Of a DNA stretch of 64,000 nucleotides, positions 22,831-35,730 are shown one piece after another. A program made the position numbers and the translations under genes. Under the pieces are notes generated by a model that was given only the letters and a program-made list of their open reading frames with translations, ran no database searches and was not told the origin of the DNA. This stretch comes from Fimbriosthenelais zetlandica (lineage: Eukaryota): NCBI GenBank assembly GCA_977030845.1, contig OZ365116.1:17174001-17238000 (forward strand), written 5' to 3'. Within the stretch, counting starts at the first letter, position 1; every line of letters begins with the position of its first letter.

Positions 22831-24899
22831 AAAGTATTTTATTGAAATCTAAAAAAAAAGAACGAATGGATGGCTGATTCAGTTGGGTCGGTGGGTCATT
22901 TATTGTTCATAATCAAATATTGATTTAATGCCTATGCTGATATGGGCGAGTCTTTTTGAAAGCCTACATTGGAGTGTTGTTTTCTAGGAATGGTCAGTTG
23001 GTGAATGGATCTGACTGAACAGTTGGCATGTCCACTGACCCAAACTGACCATGTCTAAAACACTTAGATCTTGTATCCATATCAATATCAGGCCTTCCTC
23101 GTATACCGGTGACATCATCTCGTGAATCCCCCAGGTCTCGCTCAGTCTGGTTTCACTACTGGGAAGCTCCCACCGCTACTTGTTTTGATTAGCCAGACCT
23201 GCCACTCCTACAGACCATTTTCTTGTGGAAATATGGCCGAATCACACTTCTTGTGAATCGACAACCGCTTTATTTGTTTCAAGGGAGATGAAGATACTTT
23301 TTAGATCCACTATTGAGGCTCCAAACCAAAATGTATTGCCTCTTAAACTTTTTTCACTGAGGGAAATTTCCACCTCATCGAGCACCTATTTCTTAGTAAA
23401 AGATTTTACACTTTTCTTGGTCCTCTCTTGGGTGTATTGTACAAGTGCAATTCATTTTATAAACGCATCCAGTTGTGACCATCATCTTCATACTCAATTG
23501 CTCATCTCTCTTTTACTCATGCAAGTCCAAGCAGGTCCTTCCATTGAGAAGCTCCCTCACCCTCCCTACCCATCCATCCAACACACTAATATCTCTCCAC
23601 CTCCCTACTCCAAGCCCAACCATGGATGTTTTGTGAGGTGGAAAGGATGAGGGATGGAATGTGGGTCAGAGAGACGGCGTATTGATCTCCCTGGCAGAGA
23701 GCTGCTCCGAGCAAGAAGAGAAAACTGCTCTTTTTTACCCTCATTCATACTAACAGTTCGCTGTGTGGCCAGGTGATGAGAGGCTCAGGCTTCTTTCTGA
23801 AACAAGAGCTGCTCATATGATACAAAGAGCTGCTCACAGTACCCTATCTACAGTATGGGAGTTAAAACCGATATATAACCTCCATGTTCTGTGAGAATGG
23901 TCCCATTGAAGCCTGTGTATCTTAAGATGATGCACTCATCACGTATTAAATAAAGTCAGACCGCAATGAAAATAAAGCTAGACCAGAATCAAATTAATCC
24001 AACAAGAGTAACTCGTCTTGGTACAAGTACTTGGTGGCCTTTAAGACGATATCACCTTTTTTCTCAGGACCAGGAGACTGTTACAGGAACCCACTTTCTT
24101 CGTGCCCAGATGACGGGGACTTTTAATAAATTAGTTCTCATCCCATCTGCCATTAGAGACGTGGGTCTGGAGAAAAATAACTTTTTTTTTCGACTTTCTA
24201 TAAAGAGCTACCAGAGGCCTGGTAATTAAATGCATTGGCGTCATCAACCTCTCAATGAGCCAAGTTCGCCCTTAATTCCCACTAAATAGGTGATTTACCA
24301 TGTTTCTCGGTCTCCCTGGTTAAATATTGAACGAGTACTCTAAAGAAATGTTCTTGCGCGTGTGCTAGTTGCAAAAGTTCACACTCTGAATGTGAATACT
24401 GGTTTATACGTTCAGTACCAGTTATTTTTTTTAATGGAAATTGGTTGTGTAACTCCGAGGGAATAAGATATCATTGTCCAAGTCTAAGCTTATTTGGTTC
24501 CTTCTTTGATGAGAGAAGCAAAGGTGAGATGAAGAACCGAGTCCGCCTTTATGTAGTTGCAGGGATATGAATAGAGGAAATTGATGAAAAGAGTTTAAGA
24601 TTACCTACATGTTTTTAATGACATCAGGGCTTGGTAGTCAAAGCAAGTGAAATGGAATAGGTTCTTTAATTTTACTTGAATATTTGAGACACTGCCTAAA
24701 GCTTTGTTAAAGAAAAAGCTTATCATGGTCATAATACACATGCCATCTTTTAATTGCGACCAGCAGCATGAAGCTAATGGAAATATGTAATTAATGTTTC
24801 ACCTGTCATGTAATATAGTTATGTTAGCCTCGTGGCATGTATCATACACTCTACCTGCCAGTGACAGGATGCTTTGTTCCTCATTCTGAAGGCTTGATG

Positions 24900-25140
24900 A
24901 ATCTCACATATGAACAGCTGTCAATTATCAACAACATCTATGTGACCATTGTCCGCCATGTTGGAATGGATGAGGAGAATCTATTGACTGACTGGCGTGC
25001 CAAATGGAGGAGGGCAAACTTATTGACTTGCTTATTACACTGACGTCCATTTACTTCGTAATCTGGGCTGAAACACACCAAACCTCTTGCCTTCATACCT
25101 ATCAGTTTTTCTGCATTAACATAAATCATATTTTTCAACG
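24900..25140 (-). mobile_element. Possible decayed LINE RT C-terminal fragment
   Basis: VNAEK..YEVNG..KQVNKF..PTWRTMV resembles LN..K..Y.LNG..L.QV..FKYLG..L.W..HV. Confidence 0.33.
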
Positions 25141-26869
25141 GTGGCTACATAGAAATTAGGCCTACTTACTGACAAAACCTGATTTTTTCACATCATAAAC
25201 TGGGGTCAACGATTTCTAATTATTTCCAACTGATGGAAAATACCCCTCATGTGTCGCAGTCATCTGTTAGCACAGCAGGCAGTGATGAGTTTGATGAAGT
25301 GAGTGGATGAACTTTCACCCTCGTTACTCATCTTACCTGCCGTGCTTCTCTATATCCTATTACCCCTAGACATTCTATTATAATCTACACAGCCACATCA
25401 GGGCTAACTAGATGCTGGCACAGGTAATTGGCCGTTCACAACATTGCTATAGCCCTATATTGTTGATGCTTGTAACCCAATTTTTAGATTCTGCATATTG
25501 CAGATAAATATGCTTCAAGTTGAGTTACTGCAATGATTCAGTGATTCTGGGGACTAAAAGGGTCAGTCTCTTCCTTGATCATCTCAGGGGACTGGCCAGA
25601 CGGTGTGAGATTGTATCCTTTTAGCTTTTTAATTGGATTCAGTCAGAGAAATTATGTAGTCACTCTAGGGAAGACAGACCTGATGAAAGATCGTGATAGT
25701 TCCCAGTTAGTTACATCTCTGCTTGGCACTAGGTTCTCTATTGGCTTGGACTAGACCCAGGTGGCTATTTACCCCATCCCAGGTTCCTAATTAGGGGGTG
25801 TGTGTTTGCCCTCAACCTCCTCTATGCACGGCCATTGTTTCAAGGGATAAGCTTTGTCTTCCCTGAAGGATCACGTCCCTAAACCCCATCTTCCAACATC
25901 CCCAGTTCATTCCAGCTATGTAAGCCCCTACCCTGGGAATGTCCAAAGGTGGCAACTATTTATCTTTCACGGTCTGAACCCATCTCTGTGAGAACATGCC
26001 CATTAAGGCTGAACCCCATTGTGGGACGTGTATAAAGGGTTTATAGTGTTGGATCCCCTGTCTTTGAATGGATCTGGCTGCACTTTAAGTGAGGGGTAAG
26101 GAAGAGGTTGGATGGAAGGTGTGAAGAGTGCATTTACTGCCCGTTTCAATATAATGAATACCTCTCGGATTCATCCAGCATGGTATTAAGGTGATATAAG
26201 GATTCAATTGATCGTGACTGGATTAAGGCAATGAGGCCACCGTACTGGTGGCCCGGAAGGATTAAGTCTATAGGTTTTATAGGATACAGATAGGGAAAGG
26301 TCTTTTTTCGTCGTCTCATCTTTTTCTGTCCATTTTTCCTCATCAATAAAAGTTTTTTCTCGATAATTAACTGTTGACAGATGTGCTACACTACCTCGGG
26401 GCAGGGGGGTCTTGTCGGGATATTGAATTACAAAATGCCTTCAGAGCGCCAGCCTCCTTTTAGGATAGATGCCAACTGATGATTCAGAACGAGGCTGACC
26501 ACGCCCACTTGGCTGATATCGAGGCTGCTACATCCAAATGTTTATGTCTATCACTTCTTTCCTGGGGCTCTTTCTTCTGGCAACTACTCATACCATGCAA
26601 ATATTCTTTGAATCCATGCGCTATATAGATGTTCATTTTCTGTAGAAATGTTATCTTTGAAATCAGTGGAGGTCATTTACTAGGACCATTCATGTATTGG
26701 TCTATATAATCTGTATTGTTGACATTATGTTTCCTTGTACAAGTTGGCACTTTACCCACATCTCCTTCTTGGAAGGTCAAACCTACCCCATGTCTCTCAT
26801 CGTCCTTTCTTCAGCCTCACAGACCCAAGAGTTCACCCCACTTTCTCAACCCGAATCAATGTCCTTTCT

Positions 26870-26912
26870 CCCTATTCCCTCCCTCCCCTTCCCCTGCCCC
26901 CTTCCCCTCCCC
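26870..26912 (-). other. Polypyrimidine/C-run tract; G-quadruplex potential on the minus strand
   Basis: Eight runs of >=3 C separated by short (1-4 nt) spacers. Confidence 0.6.
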
Positions 26913-29900
26913 GATTCCTACTTCCATCCCCTTCACCTTTCGGTTCTAATCTAGGATCACAATTAAGGCTGAGTGATCCAGTGTCCTTCTCGTGAACCCT
27001 AAACTGTTACAATCTCCCCTGGTCCCCTACCCTTGGTCCCTCCCTATCTTGCTTTCTCCAGATGAACCCCAATCGCTAGAAACCATACCAGCAATATGAA
27101 GACATAATCAGAGTTTCTCTTGGCTTAAGCAAAATATCAAATAGAGAGTAAAAACTGCCTGCTCCTTCATCATATCAATCCACGGGTCGTCAATAGACGG
27201 ATTGAATCCCGGGCGGTGACAGTCTAACCTCCAGCTGCTGACTGATGGATGCTAAACTTCTCCTAATGTCTCCACTTTTCCGACTGCAAAATACCCGCCT
27301 AAGATGGATGGCTTTAGAATGGGGTTATGCATAGGGAAGGGGTGGCTTTTTACTCAAATTACCTTTCAACGATCTTAATACGAGGACTATCAGACTGTCA
27401 GGTTTTGATGGAGCTCAGATTTTTCTTGAGAATAATAAGCTTCACAATCACTACCTTTCTGATATCAAATTAAATCATCAAACTGATTGATAACTCATTG
27501 ATATAGCGACCATACATTCTTATAACAGATATGCCATCACCGATATTTTTCTGTCCTCATGATTCCCCATATTTCCCCCGCACTTGTTGACTGAATGAAT
27601 ATTGCAGCAGGCGGATTTTAATAATGGTTATTAGGGTTTGGGGTTGGGGCCGTGGTCTGGACACGTGCAGACCCGTGTGACCCTAGATAATGAAGTCGTG
27701 AGTATAATTCCCACCCGGAGACCGATTCCCACGCATTGATCCCTACCCTCAACTATACCACATAAATACTCGGCATGGGAGGTTCAGCCTAAAATCACAC
27801 GTAATTTGATGATAAATTTGCCTTAACTACAACGTTAGCATCCATCTTGGCATCGCTTGGCTGTAGGGTTGGACCACATAATGATCATGGCTTTGCCCTT
27901 ATACAACCTTTGGTCCTATAATAGAATCCTTCTACTAGAGTTACACACGCATGAGCATGCATAGTCTATAGACAATACACCCTCATGCTGGTTTTAAAAA
28001 AACAACTCATAAATATAAACAATTGGTCCTGCTAGCTATCATAAAGCAAAGATCTACCTGGGAAAAGGTCACTTAATATGCCAAAAGAAGTACAGTTTCC
28101 ACAGCTGATTTTGCTCTTAATCCGTGTCGGCGCCTCTTGATCTCTCTTGTCATTTTAGACATGATAACCTCCCCTTGCCTTACTATTATTATCTCAAGGA
28201 GAGAAGTGCACAAGGCTTGTATGAAAGGGAAGGATGAGGTGGGATTTGTGTGGGATATCTTTTTGGCTTCTCTCTGAGATTCGCCTGGATTAAACGGACG
28301 TCCCCTGAAAACTGGCTGGCTTTTATGTCTCCATCTCAAGCCCTGTATGTGAGGCGAGAGAAGGCCCGCCCACTCTAGACCGCCCCTTTGATGAATATAA
28401 GATGTCTTTTAACGGGCGAGCAACAAGATGTCTTATAAAACATACATCCACTGTGGGACCTTTTGTGTTGTGACCTTTTAAGACTTTTGTGCCTTTTGTG
28501 AACCTTTGGAGCCAGGAATTATTTAAAGAGAGCTTGAAAAGTAGGAGCGGTACCCTGACACTTTATATGAGCCGTGTGAGTTAGTCACGTATATAGGAAT
28601 TAAGATGAATATGTAGATGGCCATAACGTTTAGACTTCAATCCTAACTAAGACAGTTTTATGATATTAGTAAAGGATGAGGGCTCAGCTGGTGTGGGATG
28701 GCCAATCCATAGGTACCCGTACAAAGCTTCATACTCATTGTCATGCTTTATGATTGTACATCAATAACACAAGGAAACATTTCCCTAATTGGTCGCATCC
28801 TGAATCATATAATTGACCATAATTGTGACCTTTACCTCCAATACAAAGAATAGAATTATTGTTTCTTGCATCTATATGAATATTCGTCATGCTATGGTGA
28901 ACACTGTGTTCGGTGCGGGGCAAATTAGCAGGAATTGTCCAACGTGCGTGCCTATTCAGGGGGGAACCACCCCCCTGGGGCCCACTTAAGTGTTAATACT
29001 AGACTGGGGATAGGCTTGGCTTTTGTTGTGTATTCCACCTCCCTGTCTGTAAAAAGCGTGGCGGTCAGTCTTGTCTGTTGCCTGATGGTTACCAGAGACC
29101 CTCTTGTGGTCACTTTGCTCTGATTGACCACTTCTGGAGGACACCACTTGTGACAGATCTGACCAGCCTGGTGGGAGGAGAAATGTGTCAACATCAGAGG
29201 GCATTTTCTGTCAATATTTCCCTACTTTAAGGGTGCGCGTGTTGTTTGCCTCTAGCCTCCAATCTCAACAAACTAGGATGGCAGGGAAGCAGCCAGGGGC
29301 TCGGACTTTGGCCTAGTGGGATGGTGGGTGGGTTCATAGGTGGAGGGTTAGTCTTTCCCACTCACTTATTCACCACTCTCCCATACCCCCAACCAACGAC
29401 AGTATACCGACCCACCACTCCAACATGTAACCACGGGGATATGCACAGCATGCAACCAGGAGGTTTTTTAATTTAAAAACATCTGCCCGCAACAATCACG
29501 ATATTACCATCCTCCTATATCACTGTAAAGGTAGCACGAAATGTGAGTTCACTGAATATGCATTAGCCGTATAGGATACCATGCTATAGTACCGAGGAGG
29601 ATTACAAGTTAAAGTACCACGACTACTCAAGCCACTGGGCTATTCTTGTTGTGATGAGGTCTAACCTTGTACACATGCTACAGTGACATGTACATGCATG
29701 ATCAGGCCCTTTACATGCCTCATCTGCGGGTGGTAGCTATCATGATTTACAGGTGCATTTTACATGTAGTGCTAACTGTGGAAAGCCCGCTGCTTACTCA
29801 CCAGCCTCCCCTCTTGGATCTGTCGTAAACACTGGGAAACAAATTGACATTTCATTCAAGCAATATTCACAACACATGGCCACGGACTTTAACATGGGCC

Positions 29901-32900
29901 ATGGCTGGTTTGAGTTAAACCTAAACTCATACAACATCACATCACATCGCTCTTCATTCTGACGTTATTTGGACGCTGTTCAAAACTTGCTACGCCTGAA
30001 TCAAGTTGATAAACTGGAAGTAGGCCTTCACTGTGCCAAGCCCTCGGTGCGTGGTCCACATTAATGTAATGGAGCATGTAGAGTGATGGAATATTATTAC
30101 ATTGTCATCTAATTTATCTGTGGATTAATCACTCTACCTGTGTCTGTATCCGGAATTAACTCAGTAAGGGATATATTACGATATATGGATCCATTGTGTT
30201 ACATTTCAACCATTTATCATCACGTTATGAATGGATAGCATACAATATTATAATCATTCAGTGCTGAGTTAAGATGGATCAACACAAATGTAAATTCCTG
30301 TGAGAATATCATGGATGCATCTGTTCATATTTAATCCTATTATTGCCCAGTCTCCGCCACTAGTGTGAGAACAAGCCTGGATGTAGCAATGAATTGCCTC
30401 TTTGTATTTATTATGACAGACTCATAGCTCTTGCATCACGCTAGTCTAAGTGACAGGTATGCTGAGTACACCATTTTTGTTGTAAACCCAGTTTCTGCAG
30501 AAGGAATATCTGTTATCACTTACGACTCAATGAGTGAGCTCAGTTGCTGACATGCAGTTGTTGCACGCTACTTATTATTCATACCAGAAATGTAACATTA
30601 AAGGTTACCCTTGTTAGACTGTGGTAACTATGAACTACACCTGTAGGTCTATAATCTTAGGAAGCCCCTATACACATCTTTTATATCCCCTGGCTATGAC
30701 CTGTGGCCCGTGACAAGCCGATTGCCTCCTAGACGACATCACACAAGGCTACAAAAAGCCTACAATTACATCCATGAACCAGGACTATAGAGAAGATGGA
30801 CACTTAATAAACCCCAACTGACCCTTAGCGACACTCACACAGCTCTAGACAATGACCAGTGGACGGATATATAAATAGATCCATATAATAATGTGGTCAC
30901 CTGCATCTCGGCTTTATTCTTTTCCCCTTTTGTGAACTAAAGAAAGGAGAGCCTATGATGGATGTGTCAAGCCGTAGTGACTGAGCTAGGGTTTAGGGTA
31001 TTGATAATAGGGTTTACATTTACCCCCCTCTGGACCTGGAAGTGATATCTTATCCTTACACAATCGTCATGACGACTCGACTAAAGAAAATCTGTAAAAG
31101 CGTTCGTCACTCCATCAAAGAGAACTTTAATAAATGCGCTGATCGCCTCGGCCCTCGCTCCATGGAAGAGGGAAGTAGAAAGGTAAATTTAGATGAATCT
31201 TATTGCACGAAGAATGTGCTCTTAAAATTGGGGATATTACTCTGAAATGTTTAAATGGGCAATTGCGAACATTTTTTTTCATTGAAACTGAACAGGAAAT
31301 TCCGGGAACAGGTGCGTCTGAGTTAGATTAATTCTACCTTTGCATTGTTGAGTAAAGGAGCAAAGGTTGCTTTGTCATATCGCTATTCAAACATCCCCTC
31401 CATTCACTGCTACTAATTACATGAATTTAGAAAGCTAGCCATAGAGCTGGAGTCAATCAACAAAGTGCCCCGAGATATCATACATCATTGATAATTACGT
31501 CCCCTTGCCTGGTGATATTAGTTGATGAAGCGATTGAAATTGTTGCCTGAAGGCATTTTATGGTAATGAGGTGACAGAGACAAGAACGATTCACATTGAT
31601 TTCTCCACACGTAGGCAGGATTTCGTGAGATATGAACTGTCATTGTGGTGTGACACCTCCATTTGACTTTCTGTCTTTAAATATTTGTGCAGTTGATCTA
31701 ATGGCTTAGATTAAATTGGTCAATTAGTGACGATATGCCTGGATGTGCCACGAGATGGTGCAGCAAGTACGTTGGTATTAAGTAATTAGAAAATATCCCC
31801 TGGGATCCCCTCAAAGAATATAAAGGCTCAGCTTTAAATTATTGTATGATTAAATTCAGAGTTTAAAAGCTAGATGTGCTGCCACATCTAGCACATAAGA
31901 GTATTTTTACTCCCTTCCCTTTGTCTTCGCCAGTGAAAGCATTGATTCCCGTCCTATTAATAAACCTAAATGAATCTAATTTTCTGAAAGCCTGTCACTT
32001 AAATGCACGAGTAAAAGAATGCATCGCGGATCCATATTGAATAGATCCCATTCTAAATCCCATCTTGACTTGGTCCATGCAATAGCGCTTGCGTGGCACA
32101 CACTTGCCCCATACTAATGAATCGCAGCCGTAGAAGTGTTAACACAAAAGACTTCCATTCATTTCCATTAAGCTTGAAATCTATGGGGCGAAGGAACAGG
32201 TCTTGGGGTTGAAAGTAAATGATTAGCACTGTCCAATTAGATAAATCACCCCTCTTTGTGTGCATGTAAATTGTGTGCATATAATTAGTCAGGGGCTATA
32301 TTCATTAGCATTGCTTTATCATGGCTCACCAGGATAGGCCTTTAATTACACCTTTTTGACCCCTGCCTGGACCGATCAATTTTTCATCCTGTCAGCAAAA
32401 AACAATAGGTGCTGGTATTAGCATGAAATGTAACCACTGGTCCTATAGATACATGGTTAGGATGGGGTATACATCATCTGATGGGTTTATTCTGGGGTCA
32501 TGCATGTTTCTATAGATGTATATGTGACATCTCCAGCCATACTTGCCTGGTAAGTCCTGCTACAATACTGCATGAAGCCCCGTGGATCATGCCCTGATAG
32601 AGGTCCTATAATCCACAATACTGCCTTCTCACGGCCTTATTTTAGCCTGAATCCTGGTCAATAGAAGGTGATTATATTTATGGTGGAGAATGGCTGGCAA
32701 TGAGGGCCGTTCGTGCAGCCATCTCACTTTATTACATTCTCACCCAGCCTACCAATGCCTTGATGAGCCCTCAACAAGATGACTCTCCACGCCTTTCTTG
32801 CCTCGCCAATCGATATTCTGTATTTACCCTCATTCCATGGGAACAAGTTGTTTCTTGACATGTTTGTTCAGGACATGCTTGGTGACATGAACAGGCATGC

Positions 32901-35470
32901 TCTTATGCCAGATTATATGCAATCAAACGGCAATGTTACCCCTCTCCAACATAGAACTATCATGCCATCAGCAATCATGTTTTCACCTTTCAACTTCCTC
33001 AAGTATCGGGTTGGCTCTTGGTTTCCAAGGTATTTGGAATCACATTTATATTCTCCTCAATGAAGTAGTGATTGAAATGAAGGTATGGGTGATTGTGGAG
33101 TGTGATGTAGTAGAGAACCCCCTGTTACTGTGCTAGTCATCTTATTAAGGTAGTAATGACCTCCTAGCTCTAATGCTTTCAGTGTTGTCTGGCAGAGATG
33201 TAGGTGAGGTGAGGGGAGGATGAGGGTATTAGTCACATACAGGAGGATTCCTCCTGGGTATTAGTGCACAACAAGGCCTGGAGGAAATCTCTGACGGCCC
33301 CCCCCCTCCCCACTACCAGAGTAAACCTGCTTTATTGTGGCAGCCCCGTGTGTAGAATGCCAGCAAATACCCTTCACATCCACTTGATGCTGGATCACAC
33401 AAGGTCGACCTGTCAAACATTTCATTACATTATGGATGGATTGTATCTTTGCATCAATATACCAGTAGAATATTTTCAGTAGAATGCAATCATGCTTTAT
33501 GAAATCAATAATTTTAGTATTTGGAATGCTTCCTGATAACAGATCTTCTGTACCCGTTATCAGTGCTACACACATTGTCTCATAGCTTATCATTGTCGTT
33601 CTGACATGCCTGCCATGCAGATGCCCCACACAAAACATGACATTTTCGTCATAGGAAGTCGCTCACTTCAGGTTAGAGCCCTACTTAAGTGGACTGAAGG
33701 ATAAGAGGTTTCTTCTAATACCTTGAACAGACCAGTGCGTTTCTCTAGTCGCGCTCTTGGAACAGGCGATCTTTTATACTTAACTTATAGACGCACCGCC
33801 CTCAGTGCATCGGTAGCTGAGAGAGCGCACTCATAAACAAGCAAACATATAGAACCTCTGGGGATCGATTAGAAAATCTAATCGGCGCACTTGATTGCAT
33901 TCATGAGTAGAAAACGCAGGAGGCGTTCACAGTCTGTTCCAGATTTTATAGAGGACAATGATGTTGACGGTTGATTATCTCTGGCATGATAATGTTTTAT
34001 TTTTGGAGGAAATGTGGCATTTGAAGGCTAAATCCTGCTCATTATTTCCATCCTCCTCCCCCATGCACACACTGCACTTCATGAGTAGGCCTAAGTGACC
34101 TATTCTGGGCATTTGATTAGGTGACATTCTTCCTTTAATATTCTTAACTAAAAATGCTCGTTTATGTATTTAATGTCTAAAAGGATTGAAACCCACATAA
34201 CTAATGATACCATTCCTTATTCGTAAAAATATCCTTCACAATTCTTAAATTGCCCCTCTTATACATTCATGACTTTTCCCCGGGAAAACGAAAGTATTAC
34301 GCGGGACTAAAAGACAAAAAATAAGTGGATGTGACTGTAATAAATATGGTCGTATTGTAGAAGGAAGGCTGCTCTCCGGTACGGGGTTTGGCAGTGCATG
34401 ACGCCGTATGCTTATCCCCATTGCCCTATACTACTAACGCTGCCTGTCGCACTGTGTGGGGACCTTGTATACATGGGCTAATTTATATCTCACCCTCTGT
34501 GCCATAAAATGGCCCTTTATAGGCCACATTGGCTTCATGCTGTGCTACAGTTCTATATAGCAAGCGTGGCATCACAGACTCATGGTTCTCTTCGCCTTTA
34601 ACAGTTCTTATTGCCTCCTTGATTACTCTTTTGAAGGGTGAATTAACATTAAGTCATATTAGAGATTAATCTTTTATTCTTGGATCACGAAGCCAATGTA
34701 CTTTAACAGTAGAAGGCTATATATGGGTATAGGTATGAGTTGTAGGCTTTATCCGCGCTGGATCTCTGAGGAAACGCCCGCCTTTGGCAGCTCTTTTCTG
34801 CCATTATCCTCCATCATGCCCTCCAACGATTTACATGCTGACATGTCATACTGTGATAAAATACTGCATCCCAGGAGCGACGCCATGCTACAGCCCGGGC
34901 TTACCTTAACACTGGGCTACACTCAGCCCACTTTTACATCGTTTGCCAGTTGCTTGAAGCCAATAGAAAATATATTTGCTTCCATCTGGTCTTGTCATTT
35001 GGCAGCGTTTTTTGTCCTATTGTGCTAAAGGTGGCAACATATTTTTGTGCCATCCTTCAGGAGCAGGAATACAAAGCTAATGGGAATATAGGCTGGGTGC
35101 TTTTGAGGCTTTGTAACAGTATAATGGTGGGTCACATGAGAGCCATTTCCCATGATAAAAGCCCTGTGAGCTACGGGCTATGACCCATGAATTGTGGGCT
35201 ATATGGGCTGTGAACTATGTGCTCTCCAGGAGCGGAGATGCTCGCTTTTCCCTTCCACCAAATGCTCTGCCATCTTCCGGTAAACGGCGACATTATCAAG
35301 CCTGAAAAGAGAGCCAAAAATGTGAATGGTTAAAGGTTGTCATGGTAACGGATAATAACCTATAGGATCTCTCTGTGATCAGGGCCCGGGCAGGCAGAGA
35401 GAGGCTGGCATGAAAAAGGCAAGGACGAGCTAGCCTACTCTTTTTACTTTTTGGCCTTAAATGGGAATCG

Positions 35471-35730
35471 TATTTCATGCATGGAAGGATGAGTAGTGGA
35501 CTAATTGAGGTGGGGAGAAGTTGTTATGTGGCATGAGATGTGATGAATCTGACCTCTTCACCTCTACCTACATTATTACCAGAGGGCATTTAGAACGAAA
35601 GTGGCTACCTTTGCTTGATCCGACCCCTCAAAATGAGGCTCTTCTGAGGGATTTTTCGCTTATAAGCCTTAATTCACATATTTCATGAGTGGACTAATTG
35701 AGGAGGGAATGTGTTGTCATGTACAATGGC
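35471..35730. repeat. Diverged direct repeat, period ~190-200 bp
   Basis: agtggactaattgagg is identical at 35495-35510 and 35688-35703; tatttcatg lies upstream of both copies (directly adjacent in the second) and similar gttgt.atgt..ggcatg follows both. Confidence 0.7.

Noticed and set aside
28935-29476. Several overlapping 60-80 aa ORFs in a GC-richer patch
   Set aside because: No recognisable domain or consistent splice signals; PPGW and DR..GGG only loosely resemble an APE N-terminus, at the wrong spacing.
32700-33070. Minus-strand KYLG..KLKGENM..IDW, possible retroelement remnant
   Set aside because: The spacing needs large deletions; too weak to annotate without an HMM search.
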